DNA of 64,000 bases from Torpedo marmorata. Taxonomy: Eukaryota. The first letter of the stretch is position 1, and each line of letters opens with the position of its first letter. Both the position numbers and the translations under genes were made by a program. Positions 51,865-64,000 of the stretch are shown one piece after another. Under the pieces are notes generated by a model, which was given only the letters and a program-made list of their open reading frames with translations, searched no databases and was not told the DNA's origin. The stretch is from contig OZ360242.1 of assembly GCA_977017645.1 (NCBI GenBank), positions 19,964,001 to 20,028,000 on the forward strand, given 5' to 3'.

Positions 51865-52650
51865 CCTTTACTTTGTGACGTGTTTGAGGAGATTCGGTAT
51901 GTCACCGAAGACTCTCGAAAACCTCTACAGGTGTACCGTGGAGAGCATTCTGGCTGGTTGCATCACTGTCTGGTATGGAGGTGCCAATGCTCAGGAAAAT
52001 AAAAATCTCCAGAGGGTTGTTAACTCGGCCTCAGACATCACGGGCACCGGACTTCACTCCATTGAGGACATCTACATGAGGCGGTGTCTTAAAAAATCAG
52101 CCTCTATCCTCAAAGCCCCCCACCACCCAGGCCATGCCCTCTTCACTCTGCTTCCATTGGGAAAAAGATACAGGAGCCTAAAGACGAGCACTCAACGGCA
52201 CAAGGACAGCTTCTTCCCTGCTGCCATCAGATTCCTGAATAATCAATGAACCAAAGACACTGCCTTGCTTTTCGTGCACTATTATTTATAATTTTTTATA
52301 GTAATGTCGTAAGATGGTTAATATGAATGTTAATTGCACTGTGATGCTGCCGCAAAACACCGAATTTCACGACTTGTTCATGACAATAAATTCTGATTCT
52401 GATCCTCAAGGACCCTCACCACTCAGGCCATGCCCTCTTCACTCTGCTACCACTGGGGAAAAAGGTACAGGAGCCTAAAGACGAGAATTCCAGGGCACAA
52501 GGACAGCTTCTTCCCCGCTGCTACCAGATTCCTGAATGACTTTGACTTTTCATGCACTATTTTTATTTATTTTTGTAAGGTGGTTTATATGAATGTTTGC
52601 ACTGTGATGCTGATGCAAAACAACGAATTTCATGACCTGTTCATGACAAT
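51865..52650 (+). mobile_element. Two tandem Rex1-clade 3' fragments
   Basis: ORF 51875..52249 (LRRFGMSPKTL..YRCTVESILAGCITVWYG) with tail AATAAATTCTGATTCTG at about 52400. A second copy of the 3' end follows directly (about 52402-52650). Confidence 0.85.
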
Positions 52651-52910
52651 AGCGGCATGGTTAACGTAGCAGTTAGAGCAATGCTATTAAAGCACCAGCG
52701 ATCGGGACCGGAGTTCGAATCCCACGCTGTCTGTTAGGAGTTTGTACGTTCTCCCCGTGTCTACGTGGGTTTCCTCCGGGAGCTCCGGTTTCCTCCCACC
52801 ATTCGAAACGTACTGGGGGTTGTCGGTCAATTGGGTGTAATTGGGCGGTACGGGCTAGTGGGCCGAAATGGTCTGTTACCGTGCTGTATATCTAAATTTA
52901 AATTTAAAAT
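52651..52910 (+). mobile_element. tRNA-derived V-SINE inserted in a Rex1 tail
   Basis: GCGGCATGGTTAACGTAG...GAGTTCGAATCC...V-domain...(AAATTT)n. The Rex1 tail AATAAATTCTGATTC resumes afterwards. Confidence 0.85.
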
Positions 52911-54344
52911 GTAATAAATTCTGATTCCCAGGCTATGAGTTGTTTATGCCCAATGTACAAGTGGCTAATTACTACAGAACTTGTTGCAACATACTTCAAA
53001 TATCTTTTTTCTGTAACTGACAAAAAAATCCTAGTCACTCGGATAGATTCTGAACAGCTTAAAAGAGGAGAAAGATGGAGATGTGAAAGTTTTAAGGAGG
53101 GGATTTGGGTCTGGGGTCTTAAGGCTGGATGTCTTAAAGTGAAGAGCAGAATGAAGGGAGCAGGGGATTCAGAAGAAGTCAGATTTGGAAGAGTGTCAAG
53201 TTGTTTTTGGGTTGTACAATTAGGTATTTCAGTGCTGCTGCCTGAGGAGTTTAGTGCTCTGAGAGTTAATGGCTATCAAAGCTGTGTTAGAATCATCCTG
53301 GACAGTTCTTTTACTGTTACAGACCAAACACTTCGAACATACACAGAAGTGTAAAATTTCATGCAATTTCCAAAGTTGTCCTTTGCAACGCCTGCAAAAC
53401 AGCATCTCTTTGATGTAGTTAAAGACATACATTCAGATGTCCTTATTAAGTTGGAGCACCACATCTCATCTCATTCCTGACCCAAGAGGCTCAGTCAAAC
53501 TGTTGCTACTTCCAACAGCTAAAGAGGCACCAATGTTATCCAACATCTAACGACTGGCAGTTGGCAAATCGGACCCACAGATACTGAAAAATTAAAGTGT
53601 GCCATTTATAAGCATACTTCAACCAATTGAACTGCAGGCAATAATATATCTGAGAATGGGGCCACTTGTATGGGAAAAGGGAGAGGGAGGTTGGGACAGC
53701 TACTTGGTCGGCAGGTATAAACAACCTCTCCGAGTCACTGTCCTCATCTGAATTCCATGCACATAGCGATCCCAGTGGTTCTGCCCCCTTGTTCAAGTCC
53801 CATTATGGAAGCTGGAGAATTTAACTTCCTGTCACCAAATAAAAGTGTACTTAAAGCTAATTTCTGTCACATTGACTGTGAAAGAATAGATTGTTGTAAA
53901 AAATAACCCTCAGGCTTACTAATGTCCTTCTGAGAGAGAATCTGTGATCTTTACTTGGTGTACTCTAGCCTGTACGGTTAGCTATCAAATGTCTCCTTAG
54001 TTGAGAGGTAACTAGAAAGTTACAATAAAAATGCCATCTTTGCTAATGAGATTCACATCCTCTGAGTGAATGAATAGAATGCAAACAAGAATGGCAGATA
54101 CATCAGATTCCTGGTTTCCCACTTTTGACTCATTCCTCTTTAGTAACACACACAGCCTGACTGTAATGATCCTACCTGACTAAAAGAGTAATGGCCAGTG
54201 GTCAAACCCAGGATGTTCTTCTGTAACGCTGACCATTATTTCACATGGTGACTAAAGCTATCCTTCCAGTATGCCTGGAATATCACCCACAAGGCACGTT
54301 GTCTCCGAGGCGATTGTGGTGGAGTGGAGACAGTCTCCTACCTC

Positions 54345-55130
54345 TTTGCAGAATGCTAAGGGTGTGTGGAGAAGGATGCAAAGGTCCTTGTCACGGATCA
54401 TCCCCAGCAGCAGCGTGACAGAGGACTCTCTAATCTACAGGCTGTTCCCGGGGGATGCATGCAGAGACAGACATCCAGAGCTGCTAGATCATCAACTCGG
54501 TGAAAGCTGGCCTTTGGTCTGCCCGAACCTTGTTGGTCTTTCAGCACACGGAGATGTCAGTGATGGAATGCTGCTAACTGACACATTCCAGGCTGCAGGA
54601 ATATGTGCTGAGGGACGCACTGAGGCTTGGCGCAGCCAACGCGAAGGCGCTGTGGGTAAGGACCACAGTGTAGAGCAGCTATTTTCAACGGAGGCCCTCG
54701 GCTCCCCCCCCACCCCCCCCTCCATCGGGGGCCACAGGATATTTAAGTAAAAGTCTTGTTGTCTTTTCACCTCACGTAACATAAATATGTAGCCGGTAGG
54801 AGAGAAGTATGGAAGAAACCAAAACTTGACTGCTTTGCAGGGAAGGGGGCCCATAAACTTTGAGCAGCGTCCTAGGGGAGCTATAGCCAAGAAAAGGTTG
54901 AGAATGGCTGGTGTAGAGTCCTTCCGTTACCAGGCGTTGTGGGGCTGAGACCAAGGGAAAGCCACTCAAACAACAGAAGGGGGAGTAATGACAAGGTGCC
55001 ACAGTGGTGGCAATGGTGTAAATAGAGAGTGCATGTAATGATGCATAATGACGGGAATGTATGGATATGACACTAAGACTTTGAACGGTTTTCTTTTCTG
55101 TAAATAATTTATTATGAATAAATGTTAGTA
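54345..55130 (+). mobile_element. Tx1-clade LINE 3' fragment, with a short hAT-like insert at about 54745-54910
   Basis: AKGVWRRMQRSLSRIIPSSSVTEDS...LQEYVLRDALRLGAANAKALW. The insert ends AAAAGGTTGAGAATGGCTG, resembling a hAT/Charlie TIR. Confidence 0.7.
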
Positions 55131-55389
55131 TGGTAAAACATGGCAACTTAATTTTCTTCAATTATTACATAATCCAATTAATTAATTTTAATAGCAGTAA
55201 CATCTACTACACAGTTTACAAACTGAAATCACTATATTGGGTGCTCCAACCATTTAGTTTCTGCGCATCAATCTACTGAGTAAAAATACCACTTGCCTTA
55301 AATATTTTATTGGGTGCAGAAATCAATCCAAAAGTGGATCTTTTGTATTATTTATGTGAGTGCAAAAAGTTTGTTGGAGCAAGGCCTTA

Positions 55390-56244
55390 AAAATGGCAGC
55401 GCTGCCGGAGCTGCTGTAACGGCAGCGCTGCCGCTGGTGCGGAACCGCGGAGAGCGGGGAGCAGAAACATAGCACTCCCCCTTGAGGTCCAAACGCACAG
55501 TCCGACTGCCGTTGGCTCCATACAGGCTATAAATGGCCTGTTAAAGGAGCCGACAGTGGTTTATTTTAAAATCCTGCGACCGAGGGGTCTGGACCCAAGA
55601 TGGTGGCGCCTATGCTCGGCAGCAGCCTCGAGAAGTTGCTGACTCCGGAGAAGCAGATAACTCGTGCAGCGCACCAGAAAACGGGAAGACCACCTCCCAT
55701 TTCAGAAGGAGAAACATGAGGAGACAACCCACGGGACGGTGACCACGGTGGCAGACCAGCGAGGGGCTCTGAGGCTGAAGAACACACAGACAGCCGGACT
55801 GTTGGTGACTCGAGGCGAGGAACCCACGCAGGCTGTGGGCCGCTGGCGACTGCGGTCAAGGAACTCGCACCAGGCTGGGGACTACTGGAGACTGGCTCGA
55901 GACTGGCTGAAGGGGTACCAGGTATCGGAACTGAGATGCGAGAGGGTGCCAAGGGCGCTGAGGGCTTCCTGATCGTGTCAGAGGTTTGGATCTGGACCAT
56001 GGGTTGCCAATGGTTTGGACTGAAGGCTGTGTGGCTGCGGAGGCTGTGGGAGCGCTGGAGGCGAATCCATGGACACTCAGTGACTTTGGGGGGACTCTTT
56101 TGCTTCTCTTTCTCTGACTGTAAGGGGCGCCGTGCAATTTCTGCTGATGGAGAATCTTTGCTGCCTTACGGCAGACTAAAGGAAATTTTGTGTTATATTG
56201 CATTTTCTGCTTTAATACATGACAATAAAAGAATCTTGAATCTT
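55390..56244 (+). mobile_element. Non-autonomous ~0.85 kb GC-rich retroposon with Rex1-type tail (longest copy)
   Basis: Homologous to three other copies in the window. Contains CCAAGATGGTGGCGCC, the 3' hairpin CTGCC-TTAC-GGCAG and TGACAATAAAA(GAATCTT)n. No conserved ORF across copies. Confidence 0.8.
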
Positions 56245-57815
56245 TTTTTAAAAAAATATTTTATTTAAAATTTTTTAATCACAAAATACATAAAATAAAA
56301 TATAAAATTATCAAAGTATTTGTGATACATTTTCACCCCCCCTCCCCTCCCCAACCCTCCCAACCCCACTAATCTAATAAAAATAAAAATAGAAAAAGAA
56401 GAAAAAAAAAGAAAGAAAGAAAATGATAGAGTAAGGAGAATGCCAGTCTATAAACTAATTCTATTATGGAGGTAAAGTATGCCAGTAGATCCAATATCCA
56501 GAGATCTTCAAATCCTTAAACCAACAACTTTCATATATGGGCTCCAAATTTTTAAGAAGAAATGATATTTATTACGTAAATTATAAGTAATTTTTTCAAG
56601 TGGTATACACGAACGAAGTTCTGCATGCCATCTTTCTAATCCTAAATCTAAATCAGATTTCCAAGTAATAGCAATACATTTCTTTGAAACAGCTAAAGCA
56701 ATTCGCAAAAATTCTATTTGATACATATTTAATTTCATCTTAATACTAAATTTTCTAATATCTCCAAACAAAAATATCATAGGATCCATTGGAAATGTAA
56801 TCTTAAATACTTTATCTAAAATTTTTTTAACTTTCAACCAAAAATCATAAAACATTTGGACAAAACCATGTAGAATGTACAAAAGACCCTTCCTCTTTAT
56901 TACATCTAAAACATAAACCTGATAATGTCGGATTAAATTTCTTTAGTTTTTTAGGTGTTAAATATAATTGATGAAAAAAATTATATTGTACTAATCTATA
57001 TCTAACATTAATAATCTTCGTCATACTTAATTTACATAATTCTTTCCAATGATTTTCATCTATTCTTACATTCAAATCTAATTCCCATTTTAATCTTGAT
57101 TTATGAATTCCTACTTTAGGCATTTTCCTCTGAAACAATTTATACATTTGAGAAATAAATTTATTGACATTTCCTTTAGTAACTAATAATTCTAATTCAT
57201 TCTGTCTTGGTAAAATCAAAGCATAACCTAATTTCTCAATCAGAAAAGCTCTAATTTGATAATAAGCAAAAAGTGTATTATCTAATATATTAAATTTATC
57301 TTTCATTCTTTGAAAAATAATAAATTTCCCAGCTTCAAAACAATCATTAATCTTCTTAATTACTTTTTGAAACCAAATTTTAAATAATTGATTATTAATA
57401 GTAAATGGAATAAGTCCATTTTGATATAAAGGCATCCTTGGAGAAATCATTCCTTTTCCTCCTATTTCCTTATCCGTTTTATTCCATATTTCTAACAAAT
57501 GTTTAAAAATAGGCAAATTTTTCTTTCTTGTTGATATTAATTTAGAATCCCATTTATAAATAACTTCTTCTTTGGAATCTTCTCCTATATTATTTAATTC
57601 TATTTTATTCCAAGCAGAAGATTTAGTTGAATCAAAAAATTCATTAACAAATTTTAGTTGAGCTGCTTTATAATAATTTTGGAAATTAGGAAGTTGTAAA
57701 CCACCCATTTCATAATTCCAAGTTAATTTTTCCATACCTACTCTTGCTAACTTTCCTTTCCATAAAAATTTTCTAATAATTGAATTTAAATCTTTAAAAA
57801 TTTTTTGAGGAATTT
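56245..57815 (-). mobile_element. L1-clade LINE, 5'-truncated ORF2 C-terminus plus 3' UTR and poly(A)
   Basis: GGLQLPNFQNYYKAAQL and the CCHC-type knuckle CFRCNKEEGSFVHSTWFC. 16 bp TSD AAGAATCTTGAATCTT at 56229-56244 and 57816-57831. Confidence 0.9.
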
Positions 57816-58519
57816 AAGAATCTTGAATCTTGAATAAGGAACTCATTTGGCAATGCCAGGGGCTGGAGTGATGTATCTCCATGGGCTGACTTTTGGACTG
57901 GCTGAGTTATCACGGAGGTGAAGGAGAGAGCCGGGTGTAGCAAGGTCATGGATATGGAATTAGGGAAATGGAATGAAGCACAGGCTTCTGGAAGCAAATG
58001 AGGTACTCATAGGAAAAGACAGCTGGAAAATGTTGATTATGATGTGAATTCCAGATATTCCTTCTTTGAAAAAAACCCCTTGATTTGTTTTGTGTAAAAT
58101 TGAAATTTACATGGGATAAACAGAAATATCTAATAAAAAGCCTAAAATAAAAGATAATAAGAACAAATTGTGCAAGTAAAAATACTCTTGGGCATTATTC
58201 TCCTCCACTTGGACCTGTGACAAATAGCCCTAATCTTCAGTGACTGGATCTCATTAAAATTGAGCAGATCTGTGCTTGGAGAGTTGGCTAAAACTATACT
58301 ATCTCCTAAAATACCAATGAAGCATAAGTTTCTAAATCAATGGGCCTTGCTGCTTTTCCCCCTGATTTCCAGCTGTTCATGTGATTTTATGATCTTATGG
58401 CTTGATTTGTTTGAAAATAATTTAAAGGGACACAATTATTTGGAAGGAAGTTGACTCAAAAGACAGAATCTTGTGGAAACTCAACAACAAGAACAATCAG
58501 AATAATTCTTCCCATTTGG

Positions 58520-59440
58520 GACTGGCAAGTTTGAGTAATAAGGAGAGATTAGATCGGCTGGAACTAATTTTCAGGAATGAAGGAGGCTGAGGAGTGACCT
58601 TAGAATCAGAATTAGAATTTATTGTCATGAACATGTCACGAAATTTGTTGTTTTGCGGCAGCATTGCAGTGCAAATCTTGCTATAAAATTACGTATAAAA
58701 AGAAACAAATTAGTGCAAAAATAAGACAATGTGAGTTAGTGTCTGTGGTTCATTGTCCATTCAGAAATCTGATGGCGGAGGGGAAGAAGCTGTCCTTGTG
58801 GCACTGGGTGCTCGTCTTCAGGCTCCTGTACCTCCTTCCTGATGGTAGCAATGTGAAGAGGGCATGGCCTGGGTGGTGGGGACCCTTGTGGATATAGGCT
58901 GCTTTCTTAAGACACCGCCTCTTGTAGATATCCTCGATGGAGTGAAGACTGATACCCATGGTGGCGCTGGCCGAACTCACAACTCTCTGTAGTTTTTCTT
59001 GACCTGTGCATTAGCACCTCCATACCTGACAGTGATGGAACCAGTCAGAATGCTCTCCACGGTACACCTGTAGAAATTTGCAAGTCTTACAGAAGTTTAT
59101 AAAATCATAAGGGGCATGGATAAGATGAATGGTCACAATCTTATTTCCAGGGGAGGGGAGTCTAAATGTAGAGGACAGAGGTTTAAAATGAGAGGGGAAA
59201 GATTTGAAGGAGCAAATTTTTCACCACAGAGATAGGAATGAGCTGCCAGAGGAAATAATAGAGGCAAAAAAACCCAATTACAATGTTGAAAAGACATTTG
59301 GAGGAGTACATGTATAGGAAAGGTTCAGCCGGATATGGGCCCATCATGGGCAAAGGAAATTCACTCAGGAAGCTACAAGCTACTCGCTGATTGGCTACAA
59401 GTGGGATGAAGGGTCTGTTTTTGTGCTGTAGAACTCTATT
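58520..59440 (+). mobile_element. CR1 3' fragment split by Rex1
   Basis: GGCTGAGGAGTGACCTTA | CAGAAGTTTATAAAATCAT...CTGCCAGAGGAA. Confidence 0.7.
58602..59085 (-). mobile_element. Rex1-clade 3' fragment nested in CR1
   Basis: LHSIEDIYKRRCLKKAA...HHPGHALFTLLPSGRRYRSL; tail on + reads AGAATCAGAATTAGAATTTATTGTCATG. Confidence 0.85.
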
Positions 59441-59599
59441 GTGAAGAGGGCTGTTGATTTTTTCTCTGGACACTGATTACACACAATTATATTGAAAAGG
59501 GGCATTTAACGGAATATGAATTAATTAATACATTGGGTTAATCAAATTGGGTGTTAGGAGTGCTCCTACAAATAAAGGTTTTACACTTTAAACCAAGTA

Positions 59600-59790
59600 C
59601 AGGTAAACCCCGCTTTACGAATACTCACTTAACGAAAATGTGCTTTTACGAAGAAACCTGTGTTCGCTTTAACGAAGAAATTATAATGGGTTTTCGCTTT
59701 AACGAAAATTGCCTCCAATAGCTTTACTAATTTTTGGCTTACGAACGGTTTCTCAGAAATGCTCTACCTTCGTAAAGCGGGGTATACCTG
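59600..59790. mobile_element. Tc1/mariner (pogo/Tigger-like) MITE
   Basis: 22 bp TIRs CAGGTA(A/T)ACCCCGCTTTACGAA with 1 mismatch; TA on both sides (59598-59599, 59791-59792); internal CGCTTTAACGAA repeats. Confidence 0.9.
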
Positions 59791-60189
59791 TATCTCTGGG
59801 ATCCACTCTCCAACCCTTTCCATCTCTTAACATTTCTCTCTTTAGATTCTCCTTTAAACCCAATTTTCTATCCTACAATCATCTCTGCTCAGTGTCAGAG
59901 AGTGTCAGAGTTTGTTTAATAATGTGCTTGTGAGTGTCTTAACTTATTTCATTTTGTTATATTGAAGAGAATTATTCACTTGGCTTGAGGCAGTGAATAC
60001 TCTGGTGGTGCATCGTCCTCAGATGAAAGCTCCAAGCATCATTAGAAACATCACTTAAGATATGGAAATGCACCTGACCCCAAAGTTACTGTCAAGAGGC
60101 ATGGCTGGACACAAAGGGGCCTCTCTACTGAAGCAGAATTTCAAGCTTTGAGACTTTGCTTGCCTTTCTCTCTCTTGCTTTCACCCAAC

Positions 60190-60191
60190 TT

Positions 60192-60222
<31 letters not shown>

Positions 60223-60232
60223 TTCTCTCTCT
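60190..60232. repeat. (CT)n microsatellite
   Basis: Visible directly. Confidence 0.9.
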
Positions 60233-61042
60233 CCAACTAAAATTCTATTCCCCCTTAACTTTATTGTACATGATTGATAAAATCCAATCATCAATAACAA
60301 AATCTCTCTGAGAATTTACTGAATTTAAGTGGAGCTCATAACATACAATCCCTACAACTTTATTTTAATTAGTTCATGGGTGGGCTGTACTGTCACAAAA
60401 TAAAGCAAGAAACCATATAATGTCAAGTAGACTAGACCATACTCACCTCAGAATTGTGCATCTAATCCTACTCATTATTAGGCACAGATGTTCAATGCAA
60501 ATTGAAACATTTTCATATGCGTTCTGACAGGAGAAAGATTTATCTTCTGAAAGGGCCTGATAAATTATGTTAATTTCTGATTTATCTCTCCATTCCTTGC
60601 CAAAGCTTTAGTCAGTCTTGAGGGTGTCTGGTACAATACGACCTCAGGTTTTGTATGGTGGCCAAAATAGAGCATCACTAAGTATAATTACCCCCTGTGA
60701 AACCTCTCAGATCAGTCAAATAAAGGACACATCATCACTCCCTTTCTCTTACTTGAACCTTTCCCACTCTCTTCAATACACGTTGAAGGTGCACTGGTGA
60801 AGTTCATCTGACTGAGCCAGCAGTTCTTTCTATTTTGTCTACCAAGTTCCGGCTCAAAAACCAGCTGTCATTTGGCTTTGGTGGAAGATGGTTGAAATTT
60901 GAAATGTTATTATTGCAAATTAGAGCATTTCTGACGTGCTGAATATAATCAATTCCATATAAACATATGTAGCAAGAAGGAAGAAAAATATTTGGGGTAT
61001 TTCATGACCTTTAAAGATACAAAAGCATTTCATAGCCAATGA

Positions 61043-61180
61043 AGTAAAAACACATAGAAATGCTGGAGGAACTCAGCCGGTCTCCTCCCCCTGCCATCCT
61101 TCTGTCTTTATTCAGATGCCTTCCTGTTTTTTGCTTATACTTTGAAGAAGGGCTCAGGCCCGAAATATCGGTAATATAAG
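61043..61180. mobile_element. Short inverted Penelope terminal-repeat fragment
   Basis: AAATGCTGGAGGAACTCAGCCGGTC joined to TTGAAGAAGGGCTCAGGCCCGAAA. Confidence 0.7.
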
Positions 61181-61339
61181 AAAGCTCTACGCCCATGGCA
61201 AATTAAGTACTTTAAAAAAATTTAGTCACCATAGATGGAAAGAAAATATTTCCTTTGGTGTTTAGCTCTTTTCCTCAAAATACTGTGAATGATCTCAAGC
61301 TTGAGATTAATTTATTTTTAATTTATATTTTTAAAATTT

Positions 61340-62595
61340 AGAATCAGAATTTATTGTCATGAACATGTCATGAAATTTGTTTTTTTGCGGCAAATATTGC
61401 TATAAAATTACATTGAAAAAATAAATAAATTAGTGAAAAAATAAGAGAAAGTGAGGTTGTGTCTGTGGTTCATTGTCTGTTCAGAAATCTGATGGCAGAG
61501 GGGAAGAAGCTATCCTTGTGCCGCTGGGTGTTCGTCCTCAGGCTACTGTACCTCCTTCCCAACAGTAAAGGTAAAGGTAAAGGTTCCATTATTGTCATGT
61601 AATACTACATTTTAGAATGTAGCATACATGAAATTCTTTAATTTTTGTCTACCGTAAGGCAGACAGAGGGTCGCTCACAGAAACCTACAGCACCTAGTGT
61701 TCCTTGGCGGTCTCCCCTCCAAGTACTGACCAGTCCTGTGCCTGCTTAGCTCCCGAGATCAGACAATCCCAGTCGTATTCAGGCTATTGGTGTACTGTGA
61801 AGTGGGCATGGCCTGGGTGGTGAGGATCCTTGAGGATAGAGGCTGCTTTAAGACACTGCCTCTTGTAGATGTGCTCGATGGAGTGGACACTGATGTGATG
61901 GCCCTGGCTGAATTCAGAACTCTCTGTAGTTTTATCTTGTCCTGTGTATTGGCACCTCCATACCAGACAGCGATGCAACCAGTCAGAATGCTCTCCACGG
62001 TAAACCTGTAGAAATTTACAAGTCTTTGGTGACATACCAAATCTCCTCAAACTTGTCACGAAGTATAGCCACTGGCGAGCCTTCTTCGTGATTGCATCAA
62101 CATTGAGGCCCCAGGACAGATTCTCAAAGGTGTTGACACCCATGAACTTGAAGCTCTTAACCCTTTCCACTGCAGACCCCTCGATGAAGACGGGTTCATC
62201 TTCTCCTGATTTCCCCTTCCTGAAGTCCACAATCAGCTCCTTGGTTTTGCTAATGTTGAGTGCAAGATTGTTGTTGTGGCACCACTCAACTAGATGATCT
62301 ATCTCCCTCCTATACGCTACCTCATTGCTGTCTGTGATTCCGCCAATGACCGTGGTGTCATCGGCAAATTTGGAGATGCCATTTGAATTGTGCCTAGCCA
62401 CACAATCGTGGGTGTATAGCTCGTCGAGCAGTGGGCTAAGCACGCCTGTGTTGAGGTGCGCCTGTGTTGATCGTCAATGAGGAGAAGACGTTGTGGTCTT
62501 CCGATGAGGAAGTCAAGGATCCAGTTGCAGAGGGGGATGCAGAGGCCCAGGTTTTGGAGCTTGTTGACCAGCACTGAGGGTATGATGGTGTTGAA
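61340..62595 (-). mobile_element. Rex1-clade LINE fragment with RT core, interrupted by a 5S-derived SINE
   Basis: [48 protein letters not shown]. Confidence 0.9.
61565..61790 (-). mobile_element. 5S rRNA-derived SINE (SINE3-type) with Rex1-type tail
   Basis: Minus strand reads AGCCTGAATACG...GTCTGATCTCGGGAGCTAAGCAGG...CTGGTCAGTACTTGGAGGGGAGACCGCC...GGTGCTGTAGGTTT, a diverged 5S rRNA with box A and box C. It is followed by a hairpin, TACATGACAATAA and (CCTTTA)n. Confidence 0.85.
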
Positions 62596-62959
62596 AGGTT
62601 ATTTAGACATACAGCACAGTAACAGGACCTACTGGCCCATGAGCCCGTGCTACCCAAATACCCCAATTAAACTACAACCCCCATATGTTTTAGCTAAGGA
62701 TTTCAGGTTATGAATTGAAGGCTGACAAAAGTAGTTTAAATTACAGATCAGCAATCATCAGACTCAGTGATCAAAAAGGCCCAAGAACCTGACTGGACGA
62801 CTCCTGTTCTCATACTTTGAAGGGAGATATAGCAGTGAATGAGCACAATTAGGTCAGCAGAAAGTTCACTTTGTTTGGGAATTATCGGCACGGGCTCGTG
62901 GACTGGAAGGGCCTGATACCGTGCTGTAGGCCTAAATTTGAAAATTTAAAACTGAAACA

Positions 62960-63355
62960 AGTTCCTTCATATGAAATCCTTCATGCACAGCCAAGAGGTC
63001 AGAACCAATGCAGGCTATCCTCAAGGTGGCTGTGGCAGGGTTTTGTTATAACAAGATCTTGTTATCCCATCTTCTGGAATGTGGGTTTAGCATGAAGGTC
63101 TGGAAAATGATGCAGTTGTCTTTGACGAGATTTATCTACGCATGGCACAGGACTCTATGGACTCCAATCAGTTTCAAGGGATGTATACTGAAACACTTCT
63201 TCTTGAAGATTACTATCTCAGTGAAAGATGCTGCCTGATCTGACCAAACACTGGCCTTCTAGTGCAAGGAGTTGTCCATGACCAAGTGTTGCAGACTGCC
63301 ACATATATTTGGTGCGCTACCACATGCAAAAGTTTGGAGCAAAGGCTGTTTGGGG
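62960..63355 (+). mobile_element. Tx1-clade LINE 3' fragment
   Basis: HLLECGFSMKVWKMMQLSLTRFI...SVKDA. Confidence 0.65.
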
Positions 63356-63357
63356 AA

Positions 63358-63810
63358 TTAGAACATAGAGCATAGAACATAGAACACTACAGCACAGTAC
63401 AGACCCTTCGGCCCTCGATGTTGTGCCGACCCATGTATTCCTTAAAAAAAATACTAAACCCTCCCTACCCCGTAACCCTCCATTTTTCTTTCATCCATGT
63501 GCCTGTCTAAGAGTCTCTTAAATGCCCCTAATGTTTCAGTCTCCACCACCATTCCTGACAAGGCATTCCAAGCACCCACAACTCTCTGTGTAAAAACCTT
63601 ACCCCTGATGTATCCCCTAAACTTCCCTCCCCTCACTTTGTACACATGTCCTCTGGTGTTTGCTATTCCTGCCCTGGGAAACAGGTGCTGGCTGTCCACC
63701 CTATCTATGCTTCTCATAATCTTGTAGACCTCTATTAAGTCTCCTCTCATCCTTCTACGCTCCAAAGAGAAAAGTCCCAGCTCTGCTAACCTTGCCTCAG
63801 AAGACTTATC
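63358..63810 (-). mobile_element. CR1-clade LINE 3' end
   Basis: ERRRMRGDLIEVYKIMR...FTQRVVGAWNAL...FKRLLDRHM; (TAGAACA)n tail. Confidence 0.9.
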
Positions 63811-64000
63811 ACTGAATTGTCACTGTTTAAGACCCTCCCTGCAATTCATACTGAGAAACTGTGTAAAACCTCCTCAGTCTGTTTCTCATGGAGAGCATGG
63901 AAAAGAAAAAATTGATGTCATGCTCATGTAATTTGAATTTTCATAAGTAAATGGAATGACATGCCTCGTACAATGAATGGTGACATATGAACATCCTGTA

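Noticed and set aside
61683-61790. Functional 5S rRNA gene
   Set aside because: Diverged, 5' end degraded, single unit, and fused to a retroposon tail.

Overview
Repeat-dense vertebrate genomic DNA. The V-SINE/HE1-like SINEs, CR1, Rex1, Tx1 and Penelope content point to a cartilaginous fish, probably a ray or shark (inference). The only intact host gene I can support is meteorin (METRN) on the minus strand: coding exon 1 (20806-20906) and exon 2 (17987-18435) sit in a CpG-rich region, and I did not find exons 3-4 in the window. A second CpG-rich region (about 33.4-36.5 kb) may be a divergent promoter. The rest is nested retroelements. The most notable observations are: (1) a near full-length RTE LINE whose putative 8-9 bp target-site duplication also encloses about 400 bp of GC-rich host-gene-like sequence, including a TLNRD1 (MESDC1) fragment; (2) a 5S rRNA-derived SINE and a four-copy ~0.8 kb non-coding retroposon that share one Rex1-type 3' stem-loop and tail; (3) short inverted or palindromic Penelope terminal-repeat insertions carrying minimal hammerhead ribozyme motifs, several with clear TSDs. 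All family and gene names come from recalled sequence motifs, not database searches. Repeat boundaries are approximate unless a TSD is given.
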